Positions 20,058-32,055 of a stretch of 64,000 bases of DNA are shown one piece after another; position 1 is the stretch's first letter; each line of letters starts with the position of its first letter. Position numbers and translations under genes: made by a program. This DNA is from Escherichia phage vB_EcoM_G37-3: sequence record MK327941.1. One strand, given 5' to 3'. The notes beneath the pieces were generated by a model that saw only the letters and a list, made by a program, of their open reading frames with translations, was not told the origin of the DNA and did not search any database.

Positions 20058-20990
20058 ATGTCAGGATATGTAACCAATAACCCAAGAGAATTAAAAGACG
20101 CTATTCTGCGTCGTTTAGGCGCACCAGTAATTAACGTAGAAGTCACAGAAGACCAGATTTACGATTGTATTCAGAGAGCACTAGAACTCTATGGGGAATA
20201 TCATTTCGATGGTGTGAATAAAGGATATAAAGTATTTCGTGTTAGTGCAGAGCAAGCGCAACACGGGGTATTTGATTTAAGCGATTCTGGAGTATTCGCA
20301 GTAACTAAAATAATTCGAACAAACGTAGGTAGCGCGGCTACGATGGATGGTACTGCCGTTTATCCGTGGTTTACTGACTTTCTGTTGGGTTTAGCGGGTG
20401 TAAATGGCGGTTTAGGATCTGGCTGTAGTAAATTTTATGGTCCAAATGCAATGGGCGGTGATCTGGGATATTTCGAACAGCTTATGAGCTATCGCGCAAC
20501 TATGCAAAATATGCTCAATCCGCTTCCAGATTATTGGTATAATAGCGCAAACGGACAACTTAAGATTACAGGAAACTTCCGAGAAGGTGATCTCATTGTT
20601 GTTGAATTATATGTTAAAAGCTATATAGACGTTCCTGATATGATCGGTGCGGTTGCTGGTTATGCTCATGCGGGAGGATGTTCTACCGCTGGCGGGATTA
20701 GCGCCGTTTATGATAACCCAACTGCTGGTTTAAGCGGGATTGTTGCTGGCATGGGACCGATCCGTGATAACAAGCAGGGCGCATATAATAACCGTTGGGT
20801 TAAAGACATGGCAACCGCTTTCACTAAGGAGGTGTGGGGGTCCATCATGGCTAAACATCAAGGTCTGCAATTACCCGGAGGTGTCACTGTTGATGGTATC
20901 CGAATCATTGAAGAAGCACGCGCCGACATTGAGAAATTGCGACAAGAACTACTTGACTTAGATCCACCATTTGGTATACTAATGATTTGA
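20058..20990 (+). CDS. 13: neck protein gp13
   Basis: 310 aa (T4 309); position. Confidence 0.8.
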   Translation: MSGYVTNNPRELKDAILRRLGAPVINVEVTEDQIYDCIQRALELYGEYHFDGVNKGYKVFRVSAEQAQHGVFDLSDSGVFAVTKIIRTNVGSAATMDGTAVYPWFTDFLLGLAGVNGGLGSGCSKFYGPNAMGGDLGYFEQLMSYRATMQNMLNPLPDYWYNSANGQLKITGNFREGDLIVVELYVKSYIDVPDMIGAVAGYAHAGGCSTAGGISAVYDNPTAGLSGIVAGMGPIRDNKQGAYNNRWVKDMATAFTKEVWGSIMAKHQGLQLPGGVTVDGIRIIEEARADIEKLRQELLDLDPPFGILMI

Positions 20991-21007
20991 TTTATTGGGG
21001 GAGTATT

Positions 21008-21652
21008 ATGAAAAGACGAAACACATTTTTACGATTGTATGTTACCGAATTTTTATCATCCTCCGGCAAAAAGATATATGGAGGGAAACGACACTCTCCA
21101 TATAAAAATTTCGAATCAGACCCGTATGTCGGGTCTGGAGTGATTATAAAACGAGCAATAGAAAAATATGGAAAGGATTGTGTAATTTCCATATCTTGGT
21201 CAAAACCATTTGAAACACCAGAATTATTGAAAGAGGCCGAAGAATTATTAATAGACGAACTCAAAGACAAATATTCCTATTTTTGCGCTAATTTGGTTAA
21301 AGGTGGACAAGGTGGTTCATATTATGACAAAGACAAAAATCCACGCGTAGGAAAAAAGAGAACTAAAGAAAGTCGAAATAAAATGTCAGAGGCAGCAAAA
21401 AATAGAAAATGGACAGAAGAAGGGTTGAAACGTAGAATCGAAGCAACAATTAAAATGAAAAAAACAGCAAAAGTCCCAGATTTTTCTGGCGACAAAAATC
21501 CAGCCGCAAAGAAAATACAGGTAGGAGATCTTATTTTTAATACTGGAAAAGAATGCGCGAAATATTTTAATATATGTCAAGCAACGGTCATAGATAGGTG
21601 CAAAAATCAACGTCCTAAATGGAAAGAATGGAGATATTATGATTCAATATAA
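21008..21652 (+). CDS. putative Seg-like homing endonuclease (degenerate GIY-YIG N-terminus, NUMOD3/HTH-like C-terminus)
   Basis: Start taken at ATG 21008 (GGGGGAG SD; track start 20987 is TTG); LYV..GKKIYGG..YVGSG N-terminal pattern; [15 protein letters not shown] and [24 protein letters not shown]-binding-like motifs; inserted between genes 13 and 14. Confidence 0.5.
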   Translation: MKRRNTFLRLYVTEFLSSSGKKIYGGKRHSPYKNFESDPYVGSGVIIKRAIEKYGKDCVISISWSKPFETPELLKEAEELLIDELKDKYSYFCANLVKGGQGGSYYDKDKNPRVGKKRTKESRNKMSEAAKNRKWTEEGLKRRIEATIKMKKTAKVPDFSGDKNPAAKKIQVGDLIFNTGKECAKYFNICQATVIDRCKNQRPKWKEWRYYDSI

Positions 21653-22385
21653 TTCTAACTTATTCGCAAGACTAGAAAATGGTAGCGGATATGATAAAAC
21701 ATACGCGACGGAGATTTTAAATCCGTGGGTGAATTTTAATTCACATACAAACACCCAGACGTTAGCCGACGTTATGGTCGCCGAAGCTATTCAGATGCGA
21801 GGTGTAGAATTATATTACATCCCTCGTGAATTTGTCAAACCAGATATGATATTTGGTGAGGATGTTCAAAGCAAATTTACTAAAGCATGGAAATTTGCGG
21901 CTTATATTAACTCATTTGATGGGTATGAAGGAGCGGGTAACTTCTTCTCTAGTTTCGGTTATCAAGCCAATGATGAACTAACTTTTACGGTTAACCCCAA
22001 CCTATTCAAGCATCAAGTAGATGATCAAGAGCCAAAATCAGGTGACTTGATTTATATTCCAATGAGTAATGATTTATTTGAAATCTCATATGTAGAGCCA
22101 TATCAGCCGTTTTTTCAGGCTGGCAAAAATGCCATGCGTAAAATTATTGCAGAGAAATTCGTGTATAGCGGCGAGGAATTGCGACCAGAATTACAACGCA
22201 ATGAGGGAATTAATGTTGATGAGTTTGCGGATCTGGACCTTGCACCGATCACTAATCTGGACGGATTAACAGATATCAACTTAGAACAGTACAAAGAAGA
22301 TAAGCAATTCAGAAGCGAAGGACAAGATTTTATTGACCCGTTTGATCCTATTAATGGCAAGGGTTCACCTTTTGCTAATTTTTGA
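21639..22385 (+). CDS. 14: neck protein gp14
   Basis: 248 aa (T4 256); position. Confidence 0.75.
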   Translation: MIQYNSNLFARLENGSGYDKTYATEILNPWVNFNSHTNTQTLADVMVAEAIQMRGVELYYIPREFVKPDMIFGEDVQSKFTKAWKFAAYINSFDGYEGAGNFFSSFGYQANDELTFTVNPNLFKHQVDDQEPKSGDLIYIPMSNDLFEISYVEPYQPFFQAGKNAMRKIIAEKFVYSGEELRPELQRNEGINVDEFADLDLAPITNLDGLTDINLEQYKEDKQFRSEGQDFIDPFDPINGKGSPFANF

Positions 22386-22411
22386 TAAATACTCATAAAC
22401 AAGGGGGTCAA

Positions 22412-23245
22412 ATGTTCGGTTGGCACTATAATTCGTCAATTAGACGGTATATTGTATTGCTGGGTAATTTATTCTCCGGCGTACAAATTAAAAGGGTGCG
22501 TAGTGACGGTGAGCGTTTTATTAAAGTTCCTATCACCTACGCAAAGAAAGAAAAATTCATGATGAGTCTGGACAAATATAACAATATCTCAAGCGAGGAA
22601 GACGTAGCAAAGGTAGAAACTATTTTACCGCGTATGTGTCTTTCTTTGATTGATATGACATACGCCCAGAACTTTAAAACAAATATTGCAAATAAGACAG
22701 TACCAAAATATACGGCTGATGGAATCAGGAGTGTGACACAATATAATCCTGTACCATATAAGTTTACTTTCGAGTTGGGGATTTATACACGTAACGAAGA
22801 TGATATGTTTCAGATAATTGAACAGATTCTCCCTTACTTCCAGCCTCATTTTAACTGTAAGATTAAAGAACTACACGGCAATGATGTATGGATTGATCGA
22901 GATATTCAGGTCACAATTAGTTCTATTACTCCAGATGAACAGGTAGGCGAAGATAAGTTTTCTCGTCGTCGTCTTGAGTGGACCATCATGTTTGAGTTCA
23001 TCGGGTTTATCTATCCTCCAGCTACCGACGTTAAGGGGGAAATCAGAACGATTTATCTCGATTTTCATGCTAATTCTCGTGAATTAAATCCTAGCGGTAA
23101 TTTTGAATCTGTGGATCATGAGGTCGTTAAACGTGATGTTGAGCAAGAAGAATGGGATGGAACAATCAAAGAATCATATTCTAGTGATATTCCAATACCA
23201 GTTGCACCAACTCCACCGGGTCCACGTATTGTAAGAGAATTTTAA
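22412..23245 (+). CDS. 15: tail sheath stabilizer and completion protein gp15
   Basis: Start at ATG 22412 (AGGGGG SD); MFGWHYNSSIRRYIVLLGNLFSGVQIKR resembles T4 gp15 N-terminus (from memory). Confidence 0.8.
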   Translation: MFGWHYNSSIRRYIVLLGNLFSGVQIKRVRSDGERFIKVPITYAKKEKFMMSLDKYNNISSEEDVAKVETILPRMCLSLIDMTYAQNFKTNIANKTVPKYTADGIRSVTQYNPVPYKFTFELGIYTRNEDDMFQIIEQILPYFQPHFNCKIKELHGNDVWIDRDIQVTISSITPDEQVGEDKFSRRRLEWTIMFEFIGFIYPPATDVKGEIRTIYLDFHANSRELNPSGNFESVDHEVVKRDVEQEEWDGTIKESYSSDIPIPVAPTPPGPRIVREF

Positions 23246-23258
23246 GAGGTAATTTATT

Positions 23259-25579
<2,321 letters not shown>

Positions 25580-25610
25580 CGATAATGCATAAAAAGATGA
25601 GGAAATTCTA

Positions 25611-27608
25611 ATGACTCTATTATCACCGGGTTTCGAAACGAAAGAAACTACTCTCTCCACTACCATTGTGCAATCTGCGACTGGTCGCGCGGCACTGGTG
25701 GGTAAATTCCAATGGGGTCCAGCTTTCCAGATTGTTCAAGTAACTAATGAAGTTGAATTAGTTAATAAATTTGGTCAGCCGGATAATAACACCGCAGACT
25801 ATTTCATGAGCGGGGCTAACTTCCTCCAGTATGGCAATGACCTGCGTGTTGTTCGTGTACTCAATAAAGAAAAAGCAAAAAACGCAACTGTCCTAGCTGG
25901 TAACGTAGAGTTTGAAATCACAAACGAAGGTTCTAACTACAAAGTAGGCGATTCAATTAAAGTAAAATACAATCGTCAGGATGTTGAAACCGCTGGCAAA
26001 GTAACCAAAGTAGATACCGAAGGTAAAATTAAAGGTATTTTCATCCCAACCGGGAAAATCATTTCTCTGGCTAAATCCATTGGTGTTTACCCTAATCTGG
26101 ATGGGTTTACCGTAGAAATCACTTCCGGCACTGGTAACTCAACTGCGGCAATTACCATTTCCAAAATTGTAACCGATTCCGGTCTTCTCTTAACGGATCT
26201 GGAAACTTCCCGTGCCAATATCACAAATCAAACTTTCTTGACTAAACTCAAGAAATATGATATGCCAGCGGTAAGTGCAATCTATGCGGGTGAGATCGGG
26301 GACTCTCTGGAAGTCGAGATCCTAGCACGTAGTGCGTTTAAGAACACCGCACCGGATCTGACAATGTATCCTTACGGCGGTACTCGCACCGCAGCACGCA
26401 ACCTGATTCCATATGCACCGCAGAATGATAATCAATATGCGTTTATTGTTCGTCGTGATGGTGTTGTGGTAGAATCCTATGTACTGTCTACTCTGAAAGG
26501 GGATAAAGACGTATACGGCAATTCTATCTATATGGACGACTTCTTTGCTCGTGGTTCTAGCCAGTACATCTATGCAACCGCTCAGGGCTGGGTAGATGGT
26601 TTCAGTGGTATTATCTCTCTTGCTGGTGGTGTGTCTGCTAACGAAGCAACGATCGGTGGAGTTGGTGCTGATCCGTTCATCGGTGCGATGATGCAAGGTT
26701 GGGATCTGTTTGCTGAACGAGAATCTATTCACGTAAACCTGTTGATTGCTGGTGCATGTGCTGGCGAAGGCGATGCGTTCTCTACCGTACAGAAACATGC
26801 TGTTTCCATCGGTGATGAGCGTCAGGATTGCTTAGTAATGGTTTCTCCGCCGCGTAGCACTGTTGTTAATATTCCGGTGACTACTGCAATTGATAACCTG
26901 ATTGCATGGCGCGAAGGTTCAGGAAACTATAATGAAAACAACATGAACATTAATACCACTTACGCGGTTATTGATGGTAACTACAAATATCAGTATGACA
27001 AATACAACGACGTAAACCGTTGGGTTCCGTTGGCTGCTGATATTGCTGGTTTGTGCGCTCGTACTGATGCTGTATCCCAGCCGTGGATGAGTCCGGCAGG
27101 TTATAACCGTGGTCAGATCATGAACGTGGTTAAACTGGCAATTGAGCCTCGTAAGGCGCACCGCGATCGTCTGTATCAGGCCGCAATTAACCCGGTAATC
27201 GGTGCTGGCGGTGAAGGGTTTATCCTAATGGGTGATAAAACCGCTACGACTGTTCCTAGCCCGTTTGACCGCATTAACGTTCGTCGTCTGTTTAACATGC
27301 TGAAAAAGAATATCGGCGATTCAAGCAAATACAAACTGTTTGAAAACAACGATAACTTTACTCGCGCTTCCTTCCGTATGGAGGTTTCGCAATATCTCAG
27401 CACGATTCGCTCTCTGGGTGGCATTTATGACTTCCGAGTACAATGCGACACCACGAATAACACGCCGGATGTAATTGATCGTAACGAATTTGTTGCTAGT
27501 ATGTTCATCAAACCAGCAAAATCGATCAACTATATCATGCTCAATTTCACTGCTGTTGCAACTGGTTCTGATTTTGACGAAATTATCGGTCCAGCTAACC
27601 AGGCATAA
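25611..27608 (+). CDS. 18: tail sheath protein gp18
   Basis: 665 aa (T4 659); position. Confidence 0.9.
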   Translation: MTLLSPGFETKETTLSTTIVQSATGRAALVGKFQWGPAFQIVQVTNEVELVNKFGQPDNNTADYFMSGANFLQYGNDLRVVRVLNKEKAKNATVLAGNVEFEITNEGSNYKVGDSIKVKYNRQDVETAGKVTKVDTEGKIKGIFIPTGKIISLAKSIGVYPNLDGFTVEITSGTGNSTAAITISKIVTDSGLLLTDLETSRANITNQTFLTKLKKYDMPAVSAIYAGEIGDSLEVEILARSAFKNTAPDLTMYPYGGTRTAARNLIPYAPQNDNQYAFIVRRDGVVVESYVLSTLKGDKDVYGNSIYMDDFFARGSSQYIYATAQGWVDGFSGIISLAGGVSANEATIGGVGADPFIGAMMQGWDLFAERESIHVNLLIAGACAGEGDAFSTVQKHAVSIGDERQDCLVMVSPPRSTVVNIPVTTAIDNLIAWREGSGNYNENNMNINTTYAVIDGNYKYQYDKYNDVNRWVPLAADIAGLCARTDAVSQPWMSPAGYNRGQIMNVVKLAIEPRKAHRDRLYQAAINPVIGAGGEGFILMGDKTATTVPSPFDRINVRRLFNMLKKNIGDSSKYKLFENNDNFTRASFRMEVSQYLSTIRSLGGIYDFRVQCDTTNNTPDVIDRNEFVASMFIKPAKSINYIMLNFTAVATGSDFDEIIGPANQA

Positions 27609-27641
27609 TCAGTAAATTAGCATAGATTAAAAGTTAAATCA

Positions 27642-27662
27642 AGCGGGGAGAAAATCCCCGCT
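27642..27662 (+). terminator. stem-loop gcggggag-aaaa-tccccgc after gene 18 (weak terminator or RNA-stability hairpin)
   Basis: Perfect inverted repeat; no strong U-run. Confidence 0.4.
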
Positions 27663-27681
27663 CTATTAAGGAATATCAATT

Positions 27682-28176
27682 ATGGCACTCGATTTGAATG
27701 ATATTACACGCGGTTTCGAGTCTGGCGATTTTGCTCGTCCTAACCTGTTTGAAGTTGAGATACCGTATCTGGGGCAAAACTTTAAGCTGATGTGTAAGGC
27801 TGCGACTGTCCCGGCTGCTACCGTAGAAAAAATTGCTGTAGGCTATCAAAACCGTAAAATTAACATCGCTGGCGACCGTGTATACGACGACTGGACCATC
27901 ACTGTATTCAACGATGACGCACACAAGATCCGTGATGCTATCGTTGCATGGAGCGATCAGACACACGGCACTGGTTCGGCGATCACTGGTGCAACTCCTG
28001 CACAATATAAGAAACAAGCTATTGTTCGTCAACTTAACCGTAACACCGAATCAACTAGCGAAAAAACATTGTACGGTATTTTCCCAACCAACGTTGGTGA
28101 AGTAACCCTCGATTGGGAACAAAACAACGAAGTTGAAACGTTTGAAGTTACTTTTGCTATCGATTGGGTAGAATAA
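27682..28176 (+). CDS. 19: tail tube protein gp19
   Basis: 164 aa (T4 163); position. Confidence 0.85.
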   Translation: MALDLNDITRGFESGDFARPNLFEVEIPYLGQNFKLMCKAATVPAATVEKIAVGYQNRKINIAGDRVYDDWTITVFNDDAHKIRDAIVAWSDQTHGTGSAITGATPAQYKKQAIVRQLNRNTESTSEKTLYGIFPTNVGEVTLDWEQNNEVETFEVTFAIDWVE

Positions 28177-28188
28177 ATATATTATCAT

Positions 28189-28207
28189 GCGGGGAGAAGT
28201 TCCCCGC
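28189..28207 (+). terminator. stem-loop gcggggag-aag-ttccccgc after gene 19, near-identical to the one at 27642
   Basis: Perfect inverted repeat read in sequence. Confidence 0.4.
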
Positions 28208-28234
28208 CTAATTTCTCCCAATTCGAGGTGAATA

Positions 28235-29800
28235 ATGTTTAGTAGATTAAAAATGCTTGCGCGTTGGGCTGATTTTGACAACGACAAATACGAAGAACAA
28301 ATTAAAGATAAAGCAGAGTCTATCGCCGCACCTAAAAACAATGATGGTGCTACGGAAGTAGAAATTAATGATAATTCACCTGCTAGCTCGTGGAACTCTC
28401 TTACCCAGCAATTTTACAGCACCGACCAGAAAATCAGCACAACTAAGCAATTAGTTAACACATATCGCGGTTTGATGAATAACCATGAAGTCGAAAACGC
28501 TGTACAAAATATCGTTAACGATGCGATTGTATTTGAAGAAGGTCATGAAGTTGTTTCATTAAATCTTGAGGCGACTGGCTTTAGTGAATCTGTAAAAGAG
28601 CGCATTCATGAAGAATTTAAAGATCTTTTAAACACTATCCAGTTTGATAGACGCGGTCAGGATATGTTCCGTCGCTGGTATGTCGATTCTCGTATTTTCT
28701 TCCATAAAATCATCGGCAAAAATCCAAAAGATGGTATCATAGAATTACGCCAGCTTGACCCACGTAATCTTGAATACGTTCGAGAGATCATTACAGAAGA
28801 CACACCGGAAGGTAAAATTTATAAAGCAACGAAAGAATATTTCATTTACACTGTAGGCAATAGCTCTTATTGCGCAGGTGGTCAAGTATTCTCTCCTAAT
28901 AGTCGCGTTAAAATCCCGCGTAGTGCTATTACATACGCTCACAGCGGCTTGATGGATTGCGATGATAAATATATCATTGGTTATTTGCATCGGGCTGTTA
29001 AGCCAGCAAACCAGCTTAAATTGTTGGAAGACGCAATGGTCGTTTATCGTATCACGCGTGCACCGGAACGCCGAGTGTTCTTTATTGATACCGGAAACAT
29101 GAACAACCGCAAGGCTGCACAGCACATGAACTCAGTGGCACAGTCTTTTAAAAACCGCGTTGTTTATGATGCATCGACTGGTAAACTTAAAAACCAGCAA
29201 GCAAATCTATCAATGACAGAGGACTACTGGTTACAGCGTCGAGATGGTAAAGCAATCACCGACGTTACTACTTTACCAGGTGCATCCGGTATGAGTGATA
29301 TCGATGATATTCGCTACTTTAACCGTAAATTGTATGAAGCGTTGCGTGTGCCATTGTCACGTAGCAATCTCTCCGATGCAAATATGGTGATCGGTGGTGA
29401 CGGTTCAGAAATTACTCGCGATGAGTTGGAATTTTCGAAATTCATTAGAACTCTGCAATCACAGTTTTCGGAAGTATTGCGCGATCCGCTTAAATATAAT
29501 CTGATTCTCAAAAATGTAATTACGGAAGACGATTGGGATCGTGAAATAAATAATATCAAGGTGGTTTTCCATCGGGACTCTTACTATACAGAAGTTAAAG
29601 ACGCGGAAATTTTAGAGCGTCGAATCGGTCTAATCGAACGTATTACACCTTACATTGGTAAATATTTCTCTAACCAGACAGTGATGCGTGACATTCTGAA
29701 ATATACCGATGACCAGATGGACACCGAGAAGAAACAGATCGAAGAAGAAGCGAACGATCCGCGCTTTAAACAAACTCCCGATGAAATAGAGGATTTTTAA
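28235..29800 (+). CDS. 20: portal vertex protein gp20
   Basis: 521 aa (T4 524); position. Confidence 0.9.
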   Translation: MFSRLKMLARWADFDNDKYEEQIKDKAESIAAPKNNDGATEVEINDNSPASSWNSLTQQFYSTDQKISTTKQLVNTYRGLMNNHEVENAVQNIVNDAIVFEEGHEVVSLNLEATGFSESVKERIHEEFKDLLNTIQFDRRGQDMFRRWYVDSRIFFHKIIGKNPKDGIIELRQLDPRNLEYVREIITEDTPEGKIYKATKEYFIYTVGNSSYCAGGQVFSPNSRVKIPRSAITYAHSGLMDCDDKYIIGYLHRAVKPANQLKLLEDAMVVYRITRAPERRVFFIDTGNMNNRKAAQHMNSVAQSFKNRVVYDASTGKLKNQQANLSMTEDYWLQRRDGKAITDVTTLPGASGMSDIDDIRYFNRKLYEALRVPLSRSNLSDANMVIGGDGSEITRDELEFSKFIRTLQSQFSEVLRDPLKYNLILKNVITEDDWDREINNIKVVFHRDSYYTEVKDAEILERRIGLIERITPYIGKYFSNQTVMRDILKYTDDQMDTEKKQIEEEANDPRFKQTPDEIEDF

Positions 29801-30043
29801 ATGAAACAATTTATCGAAGCAATTGAAACTCGCGATCTAACGCTGATCGAAAAAGAATTTGATAAGATCATGGAGGCTAAAAAAGCCCAGATCATCGAAT
29901 CCCAGCGTGTCGAAATCGCATCCAGTATCATGATCGAAGGTGAAGAAGAAAAAGACCGCGATGATGAAAAAGATATGGATGATGAGGACGACGAAGACGA
30001 AGATCGCAAAGACGATAAAAAAGACAAAGAAGACGACGAATAA
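29801..30043 (+). CDS. 67: prohead core protein gp67
   Basis: 80 aa with poly-acidic C-terminus (DDEDDEDEDRKDDKKDKEDDE); same length as T4 gp67. Confidence 0.75.
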   Translation: MKQFIEAIETRDLTLIEKEFDKIMEAKKAQIIESQRVEIASSIMIEGEEEKDRDDEKDMDDEDDEDEDRKDDKKDKEDDE

Positions 30044-30055
30044 TAGGAAGCCAAC

Positions 30056-30463
30056 ATGATTAAAGATTTTACTCCTAAAGCTGACTTAGAAACTTTTCTG
30101 CCGGAAGCACAGGAAAAATTGGACATGTTGGCTATGTTTGAGTCAGAAGAACTATTGAAAATCGTTGAAGGTATCTCCGAGGATGAGCCGGAACTGGCGG
30201 TAGCAATGCTGTCTATCATCGACGGAATTACTGTAAATGAAGCAATGGTTAAACATGTAAACGCACGCGGGGAAGTTGCACGTAAGAAAGATCGCAAAAC
30301 CCGTGAGCGTAATGCTTACATGACTACTGGCCTAAGCAAAGCTAAACGCCGTCAAATTGCCCGTCGTGCTGCAAAAACCAAACGCGCAAATCCATCTATC
30401 GAACGTCATGCGGAACGTAAGCGCAAAAAAGCAATGCGTAAACGTAAGGCGTTAGGATTATAA
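30056..30463 (+). CDS. 68: prohead core protein gp68
   Basis: 135 aa, basic C-terminus; position between 67 and 21. Confidence 0.7.
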   Translation: MIKDFTPKADLETFLPEAQEKLDMLAMFESEELLKIVEGISEDEPELAVAMLSIIDGITVNEAMVKHVNARGEVARKKDRKTRERNAYMTTGLSKAKRRQIARRAAKTKRANPSIERHAERKRKKAMRKRKALGL

Positions 30464-30474
30464 CAGGAAACAAC

Positions 30475-31170
30475 ATGGAAAAGAACGAATTACTGATCGA
30501 ACAATGGGGCGTTCCTGGTGCTCGCGGTAGTTCGTCATTGCTTGAATCATTTGATGATAAGGCTACAGGAAATCTCTATATTCAAGGGATTTTCCTGCAA
30601 GCCGAAACGGTAAACCGCAATAAACGCTGGTATCCTCGCAGTGTTCTAGAAAATGCGGTTACTAAATACATACATGAACAAGTTGAGACACATCAAGCTC
30701 TAGGCGAACTTAATCACCCAGCAAGAGCAATGCCAGATCCATCTAATGCTTGCATCATAATTGAAAAATTATGGTGGGAAGGTAATAACGTGATGGGTAA
30801 AGCCCGTGTTATTGAAGGGGATAAAGGCGCAGGTGATAAACTTGCGGCACTGATTCGCGCTGGCTGGATTCCTGGCGTTTCCTCCCGTGGGTTGGGTCGG
30901 TTGAAAGACTCTGGTCGCGGATACAATATTGTACAGGAAGGTTTTGTGTTGACGGTTGGTGTTGATGTTGTATGGGGTCCGAGCGCACCAGATGCGTGGG
31001 TAACTCCGGTGGTTGAGTCAACGGATAGCGATTCTAGCGCGTCAGACGCACCAGAAATCGATAAAACCGAAAAAGTGACTAACCCTACAGCCTCACAACA
31101 AAACATCGTAGAATTGAATAATAGCGCGTTTATGGCGCTCGCAGAAGCGTTATCTAAACGCTATAAATAA
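30475..31170 (+). CDS. 21: prohead core scaffold protein and protease gp21
   Basis: 231 aa; GELNHPA and GVSSRGLG segments consistent with T4 gp21 serine protease. Confidence 0.85.
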   Translation: MEKNELLIEQWGVPGARGSSSLLESFDDKATGNLYIQGIFLQAETVNRNKRWYPRSVLENAVTKYIHEQVETHQALGELNHPARAMPDPSNACIIIEKLWWEGNNVMGKARVIEGDKGAGDKLAALIRAGWIPGVSSRGLGRLKDSGRGYNIVQEGFVLTVGVDVVWGPSAPDAWVTPVVESTDSDSSASDAPEIDKTEKVTNPTASQQNIVELNNSAFMALAEALSKRYK

Positions 31171-31201
31171 TAACGTCGTTATCAACAAGAAGGTTATAAC
31201 C

Positions 31202-31996
31202 ATGCTTAAAGAAATGCTGCTCGAAGAAGCAAAACAGATCACCGTAGACGTTGCTCTCGATGACCTGTTTGAATCCGTCGAACTGTCGCCGGAAGTAAAA
31301 GAAAATTTTGGTACTATCTACGCTCAGGCGGTAAAAGCTAATGCTGTTGCTCTGGCAGAAAGCCACATTGAAAAAATCGCCGCTAAAGCCGATGAACTGG
31401 TAGAATCAAAGGTCGAAGAAGCACGCACCGAGATTGAAACCAAACTGTACGAAGATGCAGATAAATTCCTGAATCACTTAGGCGCTAAATGGCTGGCAGA
31501 AAATAAAGAAGCCGTTACCCGTAATATTAAAGCGGATCTGTGCGAATCCCTGATTGGTTCTCTGAAAGATGTTTTCGTTACTCACAATGTTGTAGTACCG
31601 GAAGAATCTGTAGACGTTGTTGCTGAACTTGACGAAGCACTCAAAGAAGAAAAAGAAAAAACCTCTGAACTCTTTGATGCCAAACTGCAACTTGAAAGCG
31701 AAATTCGTGGCATGAAGCGCGAACAAGCGATCAATGAAAGCACTCGTGATCTTTCCGATACTCAGAAAGAAAAAGTAACCGCGCTGATTGAAGGTCTGGA
31801 ATATAGCGAAACTTTCGATAAGAAATTAACTGCAATTGTCGAAATGGTTGCTAAGAAAGAAGACAAACCAGCGAAGATTGAAGAATCACTAAATACTGAT
31901 GCCGACAAGCTGAATGTTATTGCAGAAGCTGTCGAAGAATCAGAGAAAAAGGCAACTGTAGATTCCGGCGTATCCCGCTACCTGAATTTCATCTAA
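31202..31996 (+). CDS. 22: prohead core scaffold protein gp22
   Basis: 264 aa, acidic, helical; position. Confidence 0.8.
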   Translation: MLKEMLLEEAKQITVDVALDDLFESVELSPEVKENFGTIYAQAVKANAVALAESHIEKIAAKADELVESKVEEARTEIETKLYEDADKFLNHLGAKWLAENKEAVTRNIKADLCESLIGSLKDVFVTHNVVVPEESVDVVAELDEALKEEKEKTSELFDAKLQLESEIRGMKREQAINESTRDLSDTQKEKVTALIEGLEYSETFDKKLTAIVEMVAKKEDKPAKIEESLNTDADKLNVIAEAVEESEKKATVDSGVSRYLNFI

Positions 31997-32014
31997 TGTA
32001 ATTCAAATCTACTT

Positions 32015-32022
32015 TATAAATA
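32015..32022 (+). promoter_or_regulatory. late promoter motif TATAAATA upstream of gene 23
   Basis: Exact motif about 34 nt upstream of ATG 32056. Confidence 0.55.
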
Positions 32023-32055
32023 CTTTAGGTTAACAACAAACAAGGTTTAAAGAAC

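Noticed and set aside
26322-26798. 158-aa reverse ORF
   Set aside because: Antisense within tail sheath gene 18.
29797-30297. 166-aa Ser-rich reverse-strand ORF
   Set aside because: Antisense to genes 67/68; low-complexity translation of the acidic-codon region.
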